Positions 1 through 8,858 of a DNA stretch of 32,000 bases are shown piece after piece (position 1 is the stretch's first letter; each line of letters opens with the position of its first letter). The stretch comes from Candidatus Altimarinota bacterium (GTDB taxonomy: Bacteria; Patescibacteriota; Gracilibacteria; UBA1369), in contig JBAZYK010000001.1 in assembly GCA_041659405.1 (NCBI GenBank), forward strand, positions 30,001 through 62,000, in the 5' to 3' direction. The translations under genes were made by a program, and so were the position numbers. A model generated the notes under the pieces. The model made no database searches, was not told the origin of the DNA, and saw only the letters and a program-made list of their open reading frames with translations.

Positions 1-309
1 GCTGCCATAAGCCATTTCGTGATTGCCATAGAAAAAGGCAATACCCTGGCCGAGTCTTTTGCATCATATCCAAAATTATTCCCTAAAATGTTTAAATACA
101 TGATTGCCATGGGCGAAAGGACCGGAAGTTTGGATTCCACGCTTAAATATTTGAGCGACTTTTATGAATCGGAAGTGGATACAACCGTTAAAAATCTATC
201 TACAATCATTGAACCGTTTTTGTTGATTTTCATTGGAGGCATTGTGGGTGTAGTTGCATTGTCTATTTTAGGTCCGATTTATTCGATTACCGGCGGAATC
301 AAAAAATAA
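1..309 (+). CDS. pilC: Type IV pilus / T2SS inner-membrane platform protein (GspF/PilC family), C-terminal fragment; the 5' end lies outside the window
   Basis: Frame 1 is open from nt 1. The tail ...SYPKLFPKMFKYMIAMGERTGSLDSTLKYLSDFYE...PFLLIFIGGIVGVVALSILGPIY matches the second GspF repeat and the last TM helix. A prepilin gene follows 20 nt downstream. Confidence 0.85.
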   Translation, partial: AAISHFVIAIEKGNTLAESFASYPKLFPKMFKYMIAMGERTGSLDSTLKYLSDFYESEVDTTVKNLSTIIEPFLLIFIGGIVGVVALSILGPIYSITGGIKK

Positions 310-329
310 TTAGTAATTAAGAATTAGGG

Positions 330-827
330 ATGAGTAATTGTTTGATTAAACAAATAGCGAAAAAGAAAAAACGAAGCGGGTTTACGTTGTTTGAACTCAT
401 CATTGTAATTGTTATTATTGTGATTATTGCGACAACCGGTTTTACGGTTAGTGCAGGCAGAATAATCAGCAATGATCTGACCACAAAAGTGCATGAAATC
501 ACTTATAATTTGAAGCTGGCCCAAATGCGTTCAATAACCAGATATAAAGATGATACCTGGGGTTTGTATTTTAATGCGGCGGGTCGCACTTTTACCATTT
601 ATAAAGGCGCAAGTTATGCCACCAGAACAACCGCCCATGATCTTGTGCTGAGCATCCCTACCGATTTATCGTTTGGCGCAATAACCTTAAATGGCGGCGG
701 ATCGGAAATTGTTTTTGATAAATTGACCGGAAAAACCACAAAATATGGCACAATTGTGATCACGCCCAGCCAAGGCACGGCTTTAACAATTTCGGTAAAT
801 GCGTTGGGGGTTGTAGATATTAATTAG
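330..827 (+). CDS. Prepilin-type N-terminal cleavage/methylation domain protein (minor pilin/pseudopilin, GspH/FimT-like)
   Basis: The N-terminus KKKKRSG|FTLFELIIVIVIIVIIA is a class III signal: G-F-T-L-x-E followed by a hydrophobic helix. It lies directly downstream of pilC. Confidence 0.85.
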   Translation: MSNCLIKQIAKKKKRSGFTLFELIIVIVIIVIIATTGFTVSAGRIISNDLTTKVHEITYNLKLAQMRSITRYKDDTWGLYFNAAGRTFTIYKGASYATRTTAHDLVLSIPTDLSFGAITLNGGGSEIVFDKLTGKTTKYGTIVITPSQGTALTISVNALGVVDIN

Positions 828-874
828 ATTTTTAAAGGGATCAAGCTTTAAATTAGGCTTTTTTGACGAATTTA

Positions 875-908
875 TTTATGCTAAAGTCTGGCAGCATAAA
901 GCTTTTTT
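875..908 (+). terminator. Weak AT-rich hairpin plus T-run downstream of the pilin gene
   Basis: TTTATGCT (875-882) pairs with AGCATAAA (893-900) around a 10-nt loop, followed by GCTTTTTT (901-908). The T-run abuts the ATG at 909, which argues for the in-frame ATG at 963 as an alternative nadA start. Confidence 0.35.
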
Positions 909-1967
909 ATGACTATTGTGGCTGAAAAATCAGGTAAGGAACCCGCTCCGCTTGCGGTACAAATGGGCACTTCCGTGGAAGCAGACTTGTTAAAAGAAAC
1001 CGACCGTCTTTTCCGGAAGCTGCAGCATGCCCATTTTACGCGTGAACAGTGTGCCCGCGTGGCTTTGCTCACTTTAGAGATTAACGCCCTCAAAAAGGCC
1101 AGAAACGCGGTAATTTTGGCTCATTCTTATCAGACTCCGGATATTCTTTTTGGAATCGCGGATTTCCAGGGGGATTCTTATCAACTCAGCAAAAAAGCGG
1201 CGGAAACTACAGCAGAGATGATTATTTTTTGTGGAGTGCGATTTATGGCAGAGACTGCCAAAATTTTAAATCCAAGTAAAACTGTTATTTTGCCTGCGGT
1301 AAAGGCCGGTTGTTCATTGGCCGATTCCATTACCGCGGATGATGTAAGGACTTTAAAAGCGCAGCACCCGGGCGTGCCGGTTGTTTGTTATGTAAATACA
1401 TCGGCGGAAGTTAAGGCTGAATCCGATGCCTGTTGCACTTCTGCCAATGCTTTAAAGATTGTTGAAGCTTTACCGGGTGATGAAGTTATTTTTATTCCCG
1501 ATGAATTCATGGCCAAAAATCTTCAGGCAAAAACCGGGAAAAAAATTATTTCCTGGAATGGAAAATGTATTGTGCACAAAGATTTTAAAGCTGCCAAAAT
1601 CGAGCAATTCCGTAAACTTTATCCCGGATTAAAAGTTTTTGCGCATACCGAATGTGCGCCTGAGGTAGCGTTATCTGCCGATTTGGCCTGTGGAACCGGC
1701 GACATGATTCGTGAAGTGACAAAAACCGATGCTCCCGCCTATATGCTGATAACCGAGTGCAGTTTTTCGGATCGCTTGCGGGTGGATTTTCCGGAGAAAA
1801 AATTTCTTGGTATGTGCGCACTTTGCCCTTACATGAAAATGAATACTTTGCCGGTAATTTTACAAACATTGCGTGATCCTAAGCCTGAACAGTTTATTGA
1901 AATTCCAGAAAATATACGTGTTGGCGCGGAAAAATCATTAAAAAAAATGTTCGAGATTGGTGCTTAA
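909..1967 (+). CDS. nadA: Quinolinate synthase NadA
   Basis: Motifs NAVILAHSYQ, FCGVRFMAETAKIL, AGCSLADS, VVCYVNTSAEVKA and AHTECAPEV are typical of NadA, including the Cys ligands of the 4Fe-4S cluster. The start is uncertain (909 or 963). Confidence 0.9.
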   Translation: MTIVAEKSGKEPAPLAVQMGTSVEADLLKETDRLFRKLQHAHFTREQCARVALLTLEINALKKARNAVILAHSYQTPDILFGIADFQGDSYQLSKKAAETTAEMIIFCGVRFMAETAKILNPSKTVILPAVKAGCSLADSITADDVRTLKAQHPGVPVVCYVNTSAEVKAESDACCTSANALKIVEALPGDEVIFIPDEFMAKNLQAKTGKKIISWNGKCIVHKDFKAAKIEQFRKLYPGLKVFAHTECAPEVALSADLACGTGDMIREVTKTDAPAYMLITECSFSDRLRVDFPEKKFLGMCALCPYMKMNTLPVILQTLRDPKPEQFIEIPENIRVGAEKSLKKMFEIGA

Positions 1968-1997
1968 TTTAATAGACAAAAATAACTTTAATTCTTC

Positions 1998-2795
1998 ATG
2001 GCCAGAACTTACCGTTTTTTCTTAAGGAACAGCTCCCCTCCTGCAAAAGATTTTGATTTGTTGGCTCAAACCGAGCCTGAAATAGTCTTCCAAATCAGCA
2101 CGGTGTTAAGAGGCAAGACCAGTGACGAAGTGGTTTTGCTTACTCCGGATAATGATGAAGCCGGGGTGGAGTGTCGTTTTAAAATTGTGGAAGCAAATAA
2201 GCACCATGTGAAGCTGGAATTTGTGGATAGCAAAGAAAATAAAAACGAACTTCCGTTTACTTTAAGGGTTTTATTGTGTCTGCCAAATAAGCCGGATAAG
2301 CTTGATTTTATGCTGCAAAAAGCCGTAGAAGTGGGAGTGCAGGAAATCGTTTTGCTGGAAAGTGATTATTCACAAATGAAACATCATCTTAAACCGGAAC
2401 GAATCCAAAAAATCATTATGGAAGCGGCTGAACAGTGTGAACGAGCCAAAATTTCCTCATTTGAAATGGGTGGTAAACTACATAATTTTCTGGAGTCTAA
2501 TCAAAAAAAAGAAACTATTTTGGTGGCAATGGAGCGAATGGGGCTCGCTCCGCTTGCGGATGCGCAAAAAGAAATGAGCACTTTAGATTCGGTTGCGGCG
2601 ATCTTCAAAAAAAATATTCAGCAATTTAACGAACTTAATTTACTGATCGGCCCGGAAGGTGGCTTTAGTGAGGCTGAAAAGGAATATATCAAAACTCTTG
2701 GGCTACAATGCTTTTCTTTAGGTCCACGTATTTTGCGAATGGAAACGGCAATGCTGCTTAGTTCCGGTCTGGCTTCTCTGCTGGATCTTCAATAA
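1998..2795 (+). CDS. rsmE: 16S rRNA (uracil1498-N3)-methyltransferase RsmE
   Basis: The N-terminus is MARTYRFF. The C-terminal SPOUT knot motifs LLIGPEGGFSEAE and LGPRILRMETA are present. Confidence 0.85.
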   Translation: MARTYRFFLRNSSPPAKDFDLLAQTEPEIVFQISTVLRGKTSDEVVLLTPDNDEAGVECRFKIVEANKHHVKLEFVDSKENKNELPFTLRVLLCLPNKPDKLDFMLQKAVEVGVQEIVLLESDYSQMKHHLKPERIQKIIMEAAEQCERAKISSFEMGGKLHNFLESNQKKETILVAMERMGLAPLADAQKEMSTLDSVAAIFKKNIQQFNELNLLIGPEGGFSEAEKEYIKTLGLQCFSLGPRILRMETAMLLSSGLASLLDLQ

Positions 2796-3420
2796 GCGAA
2801 GATGTAACACCGGTGTCTTGAAGGCCGCTCTTTTTGTAATAGGCTCTGACAATAGTAAAAATACCAAAGCCAACAGCCAATAAAAGCACCATGGCATTAA
2901 AATCTTTCACTATCGACATTAGCAGTGGAATGTTGTTGCCAAGCGCATATCCAAATACGCCAAAGGTGATTGCCCAAACAATACCTCCTGTAAGGTTATA
3001 AAAGAAAAAAGTTGGATAATGCATATCAAAAATTCCGGCAAAAACGGCGGCGTAAGTTCTAATAATGGCGATAAAACGCCCAATAAAGACTGTTTTATTT
3101 CCGTGTTTTTTATAAAATTTCTCCGCTCTTTCAATGTGTTTGTAATGAAAAAGTGGAAAGTGCTCGAATTTTTTAATGATTTTGCGGCCGAATTTTTTAC
3201 CGACAAGATAACCCAAATTATCGCCGGTGACCGCGGCAACCATTGAAACAATGATTACTCCAACAAGGTTTAAATGTCCTAAAGAAGCCGCCACCCCACC
3301 TAGAATTAAAGAGGATTCTCCGGGGAATGGAATTCCAATGCATTCCAAAAAAATAATCGCCCCAATTATGACGTAACCATAGTTTTGAATGAGTTCAACA
3401 ATAACGTTTAGATTTTCCAT
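2758..3420 (-). CDS. dedA: DedA/SNARE-associated family membrane protein
   Basis: Motifs FLECIGIPFPGES and GDNLGYLVGKKFGRK, with multiple TM helices. I chose the ATG at 3420 (MENLNV...) rather than the longest ORF (3465). The 3' end overlaps convergent rsmE by 38 nt. Confidence 0.8.
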   Translation of the reverse strand: MENLNVIVELIQNYGYVIIGAIIFLECIGIPFPGESSLILGGVAASLGHLNLVGVIIVSMVAAVTGDNLGYLVGKKFGRKIIKKFEHFPLFHYKHIERAEKFYKKHGNKTVFIGRFIAIIRTYAAVFAGIFDMHYPTFFFYNLTGGIVWAITFGVFGYALGNNIPLLMSIVKDFNAMVLLLAVGFGIFTIVRAYYKKSGLQDTGVTSSLIEDPAEKPDRN

Positions 3421-3609
3421 AGAGAATGGTTGAAGCACCCAGTTGCAGCCCTGGCAGTTTAGCACTTTTTAAGTGTCGCTGGAAGGCGAACAACGTGAGG
3501 GGATTTTCTGTACAAAAAAAGGCTTCTCTTTAAGTGTAGACCTGAACAATTATCCAAATGATTATTCCGGTGACTAGGCAATTGATTAACCATTTGAGTA
3601 TACAGGTGA

Positions 3610-4404
3610 CTAATCAAAAATTTGGTGGAGGTATTTTAGGGCTAGAGTTTGATCAATAAAGAAAGGGGAAGTTGCAACTGTTATAAGGCTTGCCTGTGGG
3701 ACTAATCTCCGCAGCACCTCAACTTTAAGTTTGTTATCGATATAATCAAATTCAGGCGCAAAATAATCCAGATCAATATCCAGAATCATGTTGGGTGCAG
3801 GGTTTTGGAAAGCGGAGTTTATTTTTTGTGCCAGTTCTAAGAGCGAGGTTTCTGAATTAACAAAAATAATCTCTTTAATAAGACCAATGTGCTCGGCGGC
3901 GGGAATAAAATTCCCAACATTTAAAACTGTGTTGGTATAGGTGAAAACTTTTTCCAGATTAGTGGAATCTTCTTTGGTTAAAAAACTTTCCGGAATGCGA
4001 TTATCTTTGTGCTGATCCACATGGATCAACGTGGCTCCATCCTGCAGGAAACCTTCCTTCCTTCCTTCCAACCAAAAATAAAAAGCATGATTGTGGTTAT
4101 CGAAAATATAAATTGGAGCTCGCTCTGTTGGCGGCGGAAATAGGCACTTTGTGCGTGCTGGAATATCTTCAGAATTCAACGAAGATCCGCTGACAAAAGT
4201 TTTAATAAAATTTTCGAGTCCTTTGCAGGAATTTAATTTTTCTTGATCGTCAAAATCTTCAAAAACTATTTCGTTGCCCAATTTCACATCGTTAATTGCA
4301 CCTTCTTTAATGGCTGGCACATAGATTTGTGGATTTGGTCGTTTATCAAAATTAAAAGCATTGTTTGAAACAGGTTTTGTGATCAGAAACGGCTTTTGAT
4401 ACAT
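3610..4404 (-). CDS. UPF0489 (C5orf22-like) family protein of unknown function
   Basis: The ordered motifs IFDNHNHAFYFW, IHVDQHKD, NVGNFIPAAEH, ILDIDLDYF and ITVATSP parallel the conserved blocks of the UPF0489 family as I recall them. Confidence 0.65.
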   Translation of the reverse strand: MYQKPFLITKPVSNNAFNFDKRPNPQIYVPAIKEGAINDVKLGNEIVFEDFDDQEKLNSCKGLENFIKTFVSGSSLNSEDIPARTKCLFPPPTERAPIYIFDNHNHAFYFWLEGRKEGFLQDGATLIHVDQHKDNRIPESFLTKEDSTNLEKVFTYTNTVLNVGNFIPAAEHIGLIKEIIFVNSETSLLELAQKINSAFQNPAPNMILDIDLDYFAPEFDYIDNKLKVEVLRRLVPQASLITVATSPFFIDQTLALKYLHQIFD

Positions 4405-4545
4405 ATTTATTGGCTTAACAACTGGAAATGTTTTAGTTTATCTCATAAAAACATACAAAATCACCCTTGTCACTCTTTTAATTGATGGATTTGTTCAAAT
4501 GTGTTTTTTTGGATAGAATGGCTGCGTTTATTTTTGAATCTTTGT

Positions 4546-5649
4546 ATGCCAACTTCTTCGCCTTCTAAATCCGCTTCTAATCCACGCAAATATTTTCCGG
4601 AACTGGATTTTATTAAGGCTGTAGCCATTCTGCTGGTTGTCGCTTTCCATTTTTGGGGACAAATTTCAGATTGGCACATGAGAGTTGTGGGGAGTGACTG
4701 GTTTTTTGCTTATTGGAAAAATTTGAGTGTGAGTGGATTTGGCGATATGGCGTTGGGACTTTTGAAATTCAAGGAAGGTTATTTCTATTTGGGCGTAAAT
4801 TTATTTGTGATTGCCTCCGGTTTTGGACTTTATTTTTCTTATTTAAAAGAAGGGCAGGTTTTTAATTTGAAAAACTTTTTCTCAAAAAGAATTTGGCGAT
4901 TAATTCCCGGGGCCGTACTTGGCTTAGTGATTGTCTTTTTGGTCAAAGGTGTGTTTTTGGATTATTGGGCGATTGAAAACTGGTATTTAAACCTGTTGCC
5001 ATTTTTGGGTGGATTAAATCTTTTTTCGGATAACTGGTTTTTCCCTCCAATTAACGGAGAAATGTGGTTTTTAGGCCTTGTTATTCAGCTATATTTATTT
5101 TTCCCTTTGCTGTGTAAAGCGTATTCCAAACTTGGAGAAAAAAAGTTCCTAATTTTACTTTTTGGGATTTCGGTTATTTTTAGAACAGCCTATTACATAT
5201 TCTGGAAGGACACCGTTTCCAGTTTGAGTTATGGCCTTAGCTTAGGCAGACTTTTTGAATTTGGATTTGGAATGGTTCTGGCAAAAAAATCTTTTGAGGG
5301 GAAAAAATTATCTTTATGGTGGATAAGCGGTTTGTTAATGTTTTTGGGATACTTTTTTGCGCCAAGCTTCCCTTTTACTGATTCGTTATTGGGAATTGGA
5401 TTTTTTACTCTGCTTTGGGCGGTTGCGCAAAAATTCAGCTCATTTGCTTCCTTGAAAATTTTCAAACAAATCGCACTGCAAAGCTATTTAATGTTTCTGA
5501 TTCATCATCCTTTTATTTGGATTTTGAACAAATATGGTGTTAATGATTTTTGGAACCTTTTTGGCATCTTAATCTTTGTTGGAGTTTTTGCGCTTTCATA
5601 CCTGGTTGCCGCAGCCGGAAACTGGCTTCTGCAAAAGGCAAAAGTTTGA
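4546..5649 (+). CDS. Acyltransferase family 3 integral membrane O-acyltransferase
   Basis: FPELDFIKAVAILLVVAFHFWG is the acyltransferase-3 N-terminal signature. About 10 predicted TM helices follow. The ATG at 4546 is preferred over the GTG at 4501. Confidence 0.75.
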   Translation: MPTSSPSKSASNPRKYFPELDFIKAVAILLVVAFHFWGQISDWHMRVVGSDWFFAYWKNLSVSGFGDMALGLLKFKEGYFYLGVNLFVIASGFGLYFSYLKEGQVFNLKNFFSKRIWRLIPGAVLGLVIVFLVKGVFLDYWAIENWYLNLLPFLGGLNLFSDNWFFPPINGEMWFLGLVIQLYLFFPLLCKAYSKLGEKKFLILLFGISVIFRTAYYIFWKDTVSSLSYGLSLGRLFEFGFGMVLAKKSFEGKKLSLWWISGLLMFLGYFFAPSFPFTDSLLGIGFFTLLWAVAQKFSSFASLKIFKQIALQSYLMFLIHHPFIWILNKYGVNDFWNLFGILIFVGVFALSYLVAAAGNWLLQKAKV

Positions 5650-5678
5650 TTCTAACAGTTAGAAATTAACCGGTAAAA

Positions 5679-6428
5679 TTATTTGGTGAATTTAAAAGTG
5701 TTAAACACTTGCTGAAAGATGGACAAAACCGTTTTTTCTTCAAAAGGCTTTGGTGCGCCCGGCACATATCCACCTTTACCATCGGAATAATTATTCATAT
5801 TGGCATAATATTCCACAAGCCCAACTTTATAGCAATTGCCCTTATAAACAGTGGCATAACCATAATTCTTGCCAATGTTTCCAGCCGCGCCTTCCTGCCA
5901 ATTATCAGTATAAAAATTGATACCATTTTCCAATGTTTTTAAAGTAAGTTTTGTACCATCATATTCACTGGTTAAACATTTCCCGTCATCTTTGTAGGCA
6001 ACAACATTAATGTTTGCGTTATGCAAATTGGTGCCGCTGGTAAATGTTCCCGGATAGGCAATAGAAAAGATAGTATTCCCATTTTTTCCGGTCGTTTGAT
6101 ACCCCTTTGGATAACTCACCCTAAAGCCCCAATTAATGTCGTTATAGTTATAGGTATCCCAGGTAGAAATTTGGGTAGCAGGTGGAACCGATTGAAGAGT
6201 GGGCGTGATACTGGAAAGAAGTCCATTTTGGGTTTGTGCCTGCGTTTGGAGTTGGGTTTGAGTTTGAGTTTGAGTCTGAGTAACAACTTGAGTTACAGTG
6301 GTTTGTTCAGGAGTCTGAGTAACAACTTGAGTTGCAATGTTTTGATCGGGATTTTGAGGTGTGGAATTACCGCATCCTGCCAACAACAATGCCGAAATCG
6401 CCACAAAAGCCAAATATTTTGGTTTCAT
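5679..6428 (-). CDS. Lipoprotein of unknown function with a Thr/Gln-rich linker
   Basis: MKPKYLAFVAISALLLAGC is a signal peptide with a lipobox (LLAGC). A linker follows with VVTQTPEQTTVTQVVTQTQTQTQTQLQTQAQTQ (DNA repeats at about 6230-6300), then a globular domain. Confidence 0.7.
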   Translation of the reverse strand: MKPKYLAFVAISALLLAGCGNSTPQNPDQNIATQVVTQTPEQTTVTQVVTQTQTQTQTQLQTQAQTQNGLLSSITPTLQSVPPATQISTWDTYNYNDINWGFRVSYPKGYQTTGKNGNTIFSIAYPGTFTSGTNLHNANINVVAYKDDGKCLTSEYDGTKLTLKTLENGINFYTDNWQEGAAGNIGKNYGYATVYKGNCYKVGLVEYYANMNNYSDGKGGYVPGAPKPFEEKTVLSIFQQVFNTFKFTK

Positions 6429-6563
6429 AAAGAAAGGAGTTAATGAATTGAATATGCTTTATCATACTCTCTTTTTAACTTTTTTAGATTTTTTTAATAA
6501 ATTGTTTAGATTTTTTTAATGTTTGTGGTATAAAATGGGGTAAAGTTTATTAATTTTTTGGCA

Positions 6564-7067
6564 ATGGATATAAATATTCGCCAATTGGTTGCTAAAGATG
6601 CCGCTCAGTATAAAGATTTGCGGATCAAGGCTCTGCGAACAGATGCTGATGCTTTTTTAATGACCATGCCGGAAGAAAATGATTTTGATTTGGATCATGT
6701 GAAAAAGAAGATTGAAACCGATTATGCTTTGGGCGCATTTGATCAGGAAAAATTGATAGGCAGCCTGCTTCTTATCAGGCAAGTGCCCCTAAAATTCAGG
6801 CATATTGGTATTTTGGGTGGAATGTATGTTGATACAGCCTATAGAAATAAAGGAATCGGACGGCTACTTATTAAAACCATGCTTCAATATATCAAAACTT
6901 TGCCTGATGTTTATTCACTACAGTTGAAAGTGGTTACAGATAATGTTCCAGCACTAAATTTGTATGAATCTTTTGGATTTAAGACTTGGGCTGCAGAAAA
7001 AAACGCTTTAAAAGACGGCGAGCGCTTTTTGGACCAATTTCATATGATGTACGTAATGGAAAGGTAG
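6564..7067 (+). CDS. GNAT family N-acetyltransferase
   Basis: The acetyl-CoA binding motif RNKGIGRLLIKTML and the C-terminal LYESFGF block are present. The ATG at 6564 is preferred over the TTG at 6558. Confidence 0.8.
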   Translation: MDINIRQLVAKDAAQYKDLRIKALRTDADAFLMTMPEENDFDLDHVKKKIETDYALGAFDQEKLIGSLLLIRQVPLKFRHIGILGGMYVDTAYRNKGIGRLLIKTMLQYIKTLPDVYSLQLKVVTDNVPALNLYESFGFKTWAAEKNALKDGERFLDQFHMMYVMER

Positions 7068-7226
7068 TTTATTTGGTGTCCTTAGCCCTGCTTTGATAAA
7101 TAAATAAGATGGCTTATCTTAGCCGTTATTTGTTTTCGAGCTTGCTGATTTTAGCTGATTTGCTGTACAAATTCTGCTTTTTTGTTATAGTACCCTCCTT
7201 TTGAGAGTTTTTAAAACAATTGGCAC

Positions 7227-8039
7227 ATGAAAGCAAAACTGATTGCAGGATTATCAATTTTTGTGGTTGCAGCAACAATTACCAGCATTTTGAGCCAGGT
7301 AAAAGCCAACGGGTGTTCGGATATTGGTTTTATTGCAGGGGCAAGGCCTGATCCCAATACGGGCCTTTTAATAATTTCCACTGTTCCACAAATTTCCGAG
7401 GAGTGTGAAAAGAAGGTGAATGCTCCCGTGATTGCTAAAAGTAATCCAAAAGTTGCAAGTTCCCCCCAGGATCAGCCTGAAGTTTATTATCAATCAATGG
7501 CTTCCGCTCCGCAGGTTAATATCGTGCCAAATGAGGTTTCAGTGCCGGAAGTTGTTCAAATACCAGCGCCGAACATTGTGAACCCGCCAGCTCAAATCGA
7601 GCCAAAGATTGTTCCAGCTCCGCGGCCGATTGCTCAAACATCAGCTCCAAAAACAATTAAATTACCTGCTGCTGTACGGCCGGCCGTACAACCAATTGTT
7701 ACAAAGCCAAAAAGTACGGCGATTTTAGTGGAAAAACCTTCAACTGCTTTGGGCACGGCTCTTAATTTGGATAAATTAAGTGTGGCGGTGGCAATGCAAG
7801 AAACTCATAATTGTAAGGATAAAACCGGATCTGCGCTTTTGAATAATTGTCATGGCTTTAAGAAAAATGGGAAATTTATGAAGTTCAACAACCAGGCTGA
7901 AAGCCACGCGTATTTCAAACAATTGTGGGCAAAAAGTTATAAAACTTTTCCAAATCTACGTTTAGCCCAAATTTACAGTGGCAACGACAGGGCTCAAACG
8001 TGGCTAAAAAACGTGACCTACTATTACTATAATTCGTAG
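7227..8039 (+). CDS. Secreted proline-rich protein with a Cys-containing C-terminal domain (possibly lysozyme-like)
   Basis: An N-terminal signal peptide (MKAKLIAGLSIFVVAATITSILS) is followed by about 120 aa of Pro/Val/Ala/Gln-rich linker. The C-terminal block VAMQETHNCKDKTGSALLNNCHGF loosely resembles a lysozyme/transglycosylase catalytic Glu region. Confidence 0.5.
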   Translation: MKAKLIAGLSIFVVAATITSILSQVKANGCSDIGFIAGARPDPNTGLLIISTVPQISEECEKKVNAPVIAKSNPKVASSPQDQPEVYYQSMASAPQVNIVPNEVSVPEVVQIPAPNIVNPPAQIEPKIVPAPRPIAQTSAPKTIKLPAAVRPAVQPIVTKPKSTAILVEKPSTALGTALNLDKLSVAVAMQETHNCKDKTGSALLNNCHGFKKNGKFMKFNNQAESHAYFKQLWAKSYKTFPNLRLAQIYSGNDRAQTWLKNVTYYYYNS

Positions 8040-8103
8040 GACACAGTTGCGAGCCTGATTGAATTAACACTTTCTCCAGCTCGGCCTTCCAAAAGTTTGA
8101 TTG

Positions 8104-8793
8104 CTAGAGGGCCAAAGTCACGCCGTCTATACCCATTTTTTCTAATGCGGGAACATCTTTTTCTTCCATTCCCCAGGCGTAAACAAATTGTTGATTTTGG
8201 TGAAGTGTTTGTAAAAGTTGAGGATGGATTTTTTTATAGTTCATGTTAACCCCTTGTGCCTGCATTTTCTGCAGATATTTGCTTAGAACTCGGCCATCGA
8301 TTAAAAGTTCATCAAAAAGAATTGCTGTAGGTGTGACCTGATCAAATTTGCGAAATTCTAGAAGTTCACCATGTAAAAAACTTTGAACGACAATTTCAGA
8401 AGAGTTGAGCTCTCTTCGCTCGCGGTGGAGTGCGTGGTTGTTATATTCTTTAATGAGTTTGGCAATTTGCTCGACGCAATTTAATGATTTTATTTCTACC
8501 AATATTTTTATTTTGCCTTTGCAGAGCTTAAAAACCTGCTCAAGTGTTGGAATACTTTCGCCTTCTTGGGTTTTGAAGGATTGAATTTGCGCTAAGGTAA
8601 GATCACAAACGAATCCCTGGCCATTGGTGGTTCTTTCAAGAGTTGGATCATGAATGACTACAATTTGCCCATCTTTGCTTAAATGCACATCAAGTTCAAC
8701 CATGTCCGCACCGCTTTTGATGGCTGCGGCAAAGGCAGCAAGTGTGTTTTCTGTGGCCTGTAGTTTAGCGCCTCTGTGGGCAATTTTTAGCAT
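8104..8793 (-). CDS. Glycerophosphodiester phosphodiesterase (GDPD family)
   Basis: MLKIAHRGA...ENTLAAF...GADMVELDVHLSKDGQIVVIHDPTLERTTNG is the canonical GDPD N-terminal catalytic region. Confidence 0.85.
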   Translation of the reverse strand: MLKIAHRGAKLQATENTLAAFAAAIKSGADMVELDVHLSKDGQIVVIHDPTLERTTNGQGFVCDLTLAQIQSFKTQEGESIPTLEQVFKLCKGKIKILVEIKSLNCVEQIAKLIKEYNNHALHRERRELNSSEIVVQSFLHGELLEFRKFDQVTPTAILFDELLIDGRVLSKYLQKMQAQGVNMNYKKIHPQLLQTLHQNQQFVYAWGMEEKDVPALEKMGIDGVTLAL

Positions 8794-8858
8794 GAGCTGA
8801 TTTTATCATGTAATAAATTTTATCCCTTTTGTTTTTACTTCAAACTTGGCGTAATTGA

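Noticed and set aside
6021-6443. 140-aa plus-strand ORF antisense to the lipoprotein gene
   Set aside because: It lies entirely within the better-supported minus-strand lipoprotein CDS (signal peptide plus lipobox). Its sequence is low-complexity and repeat-derived.
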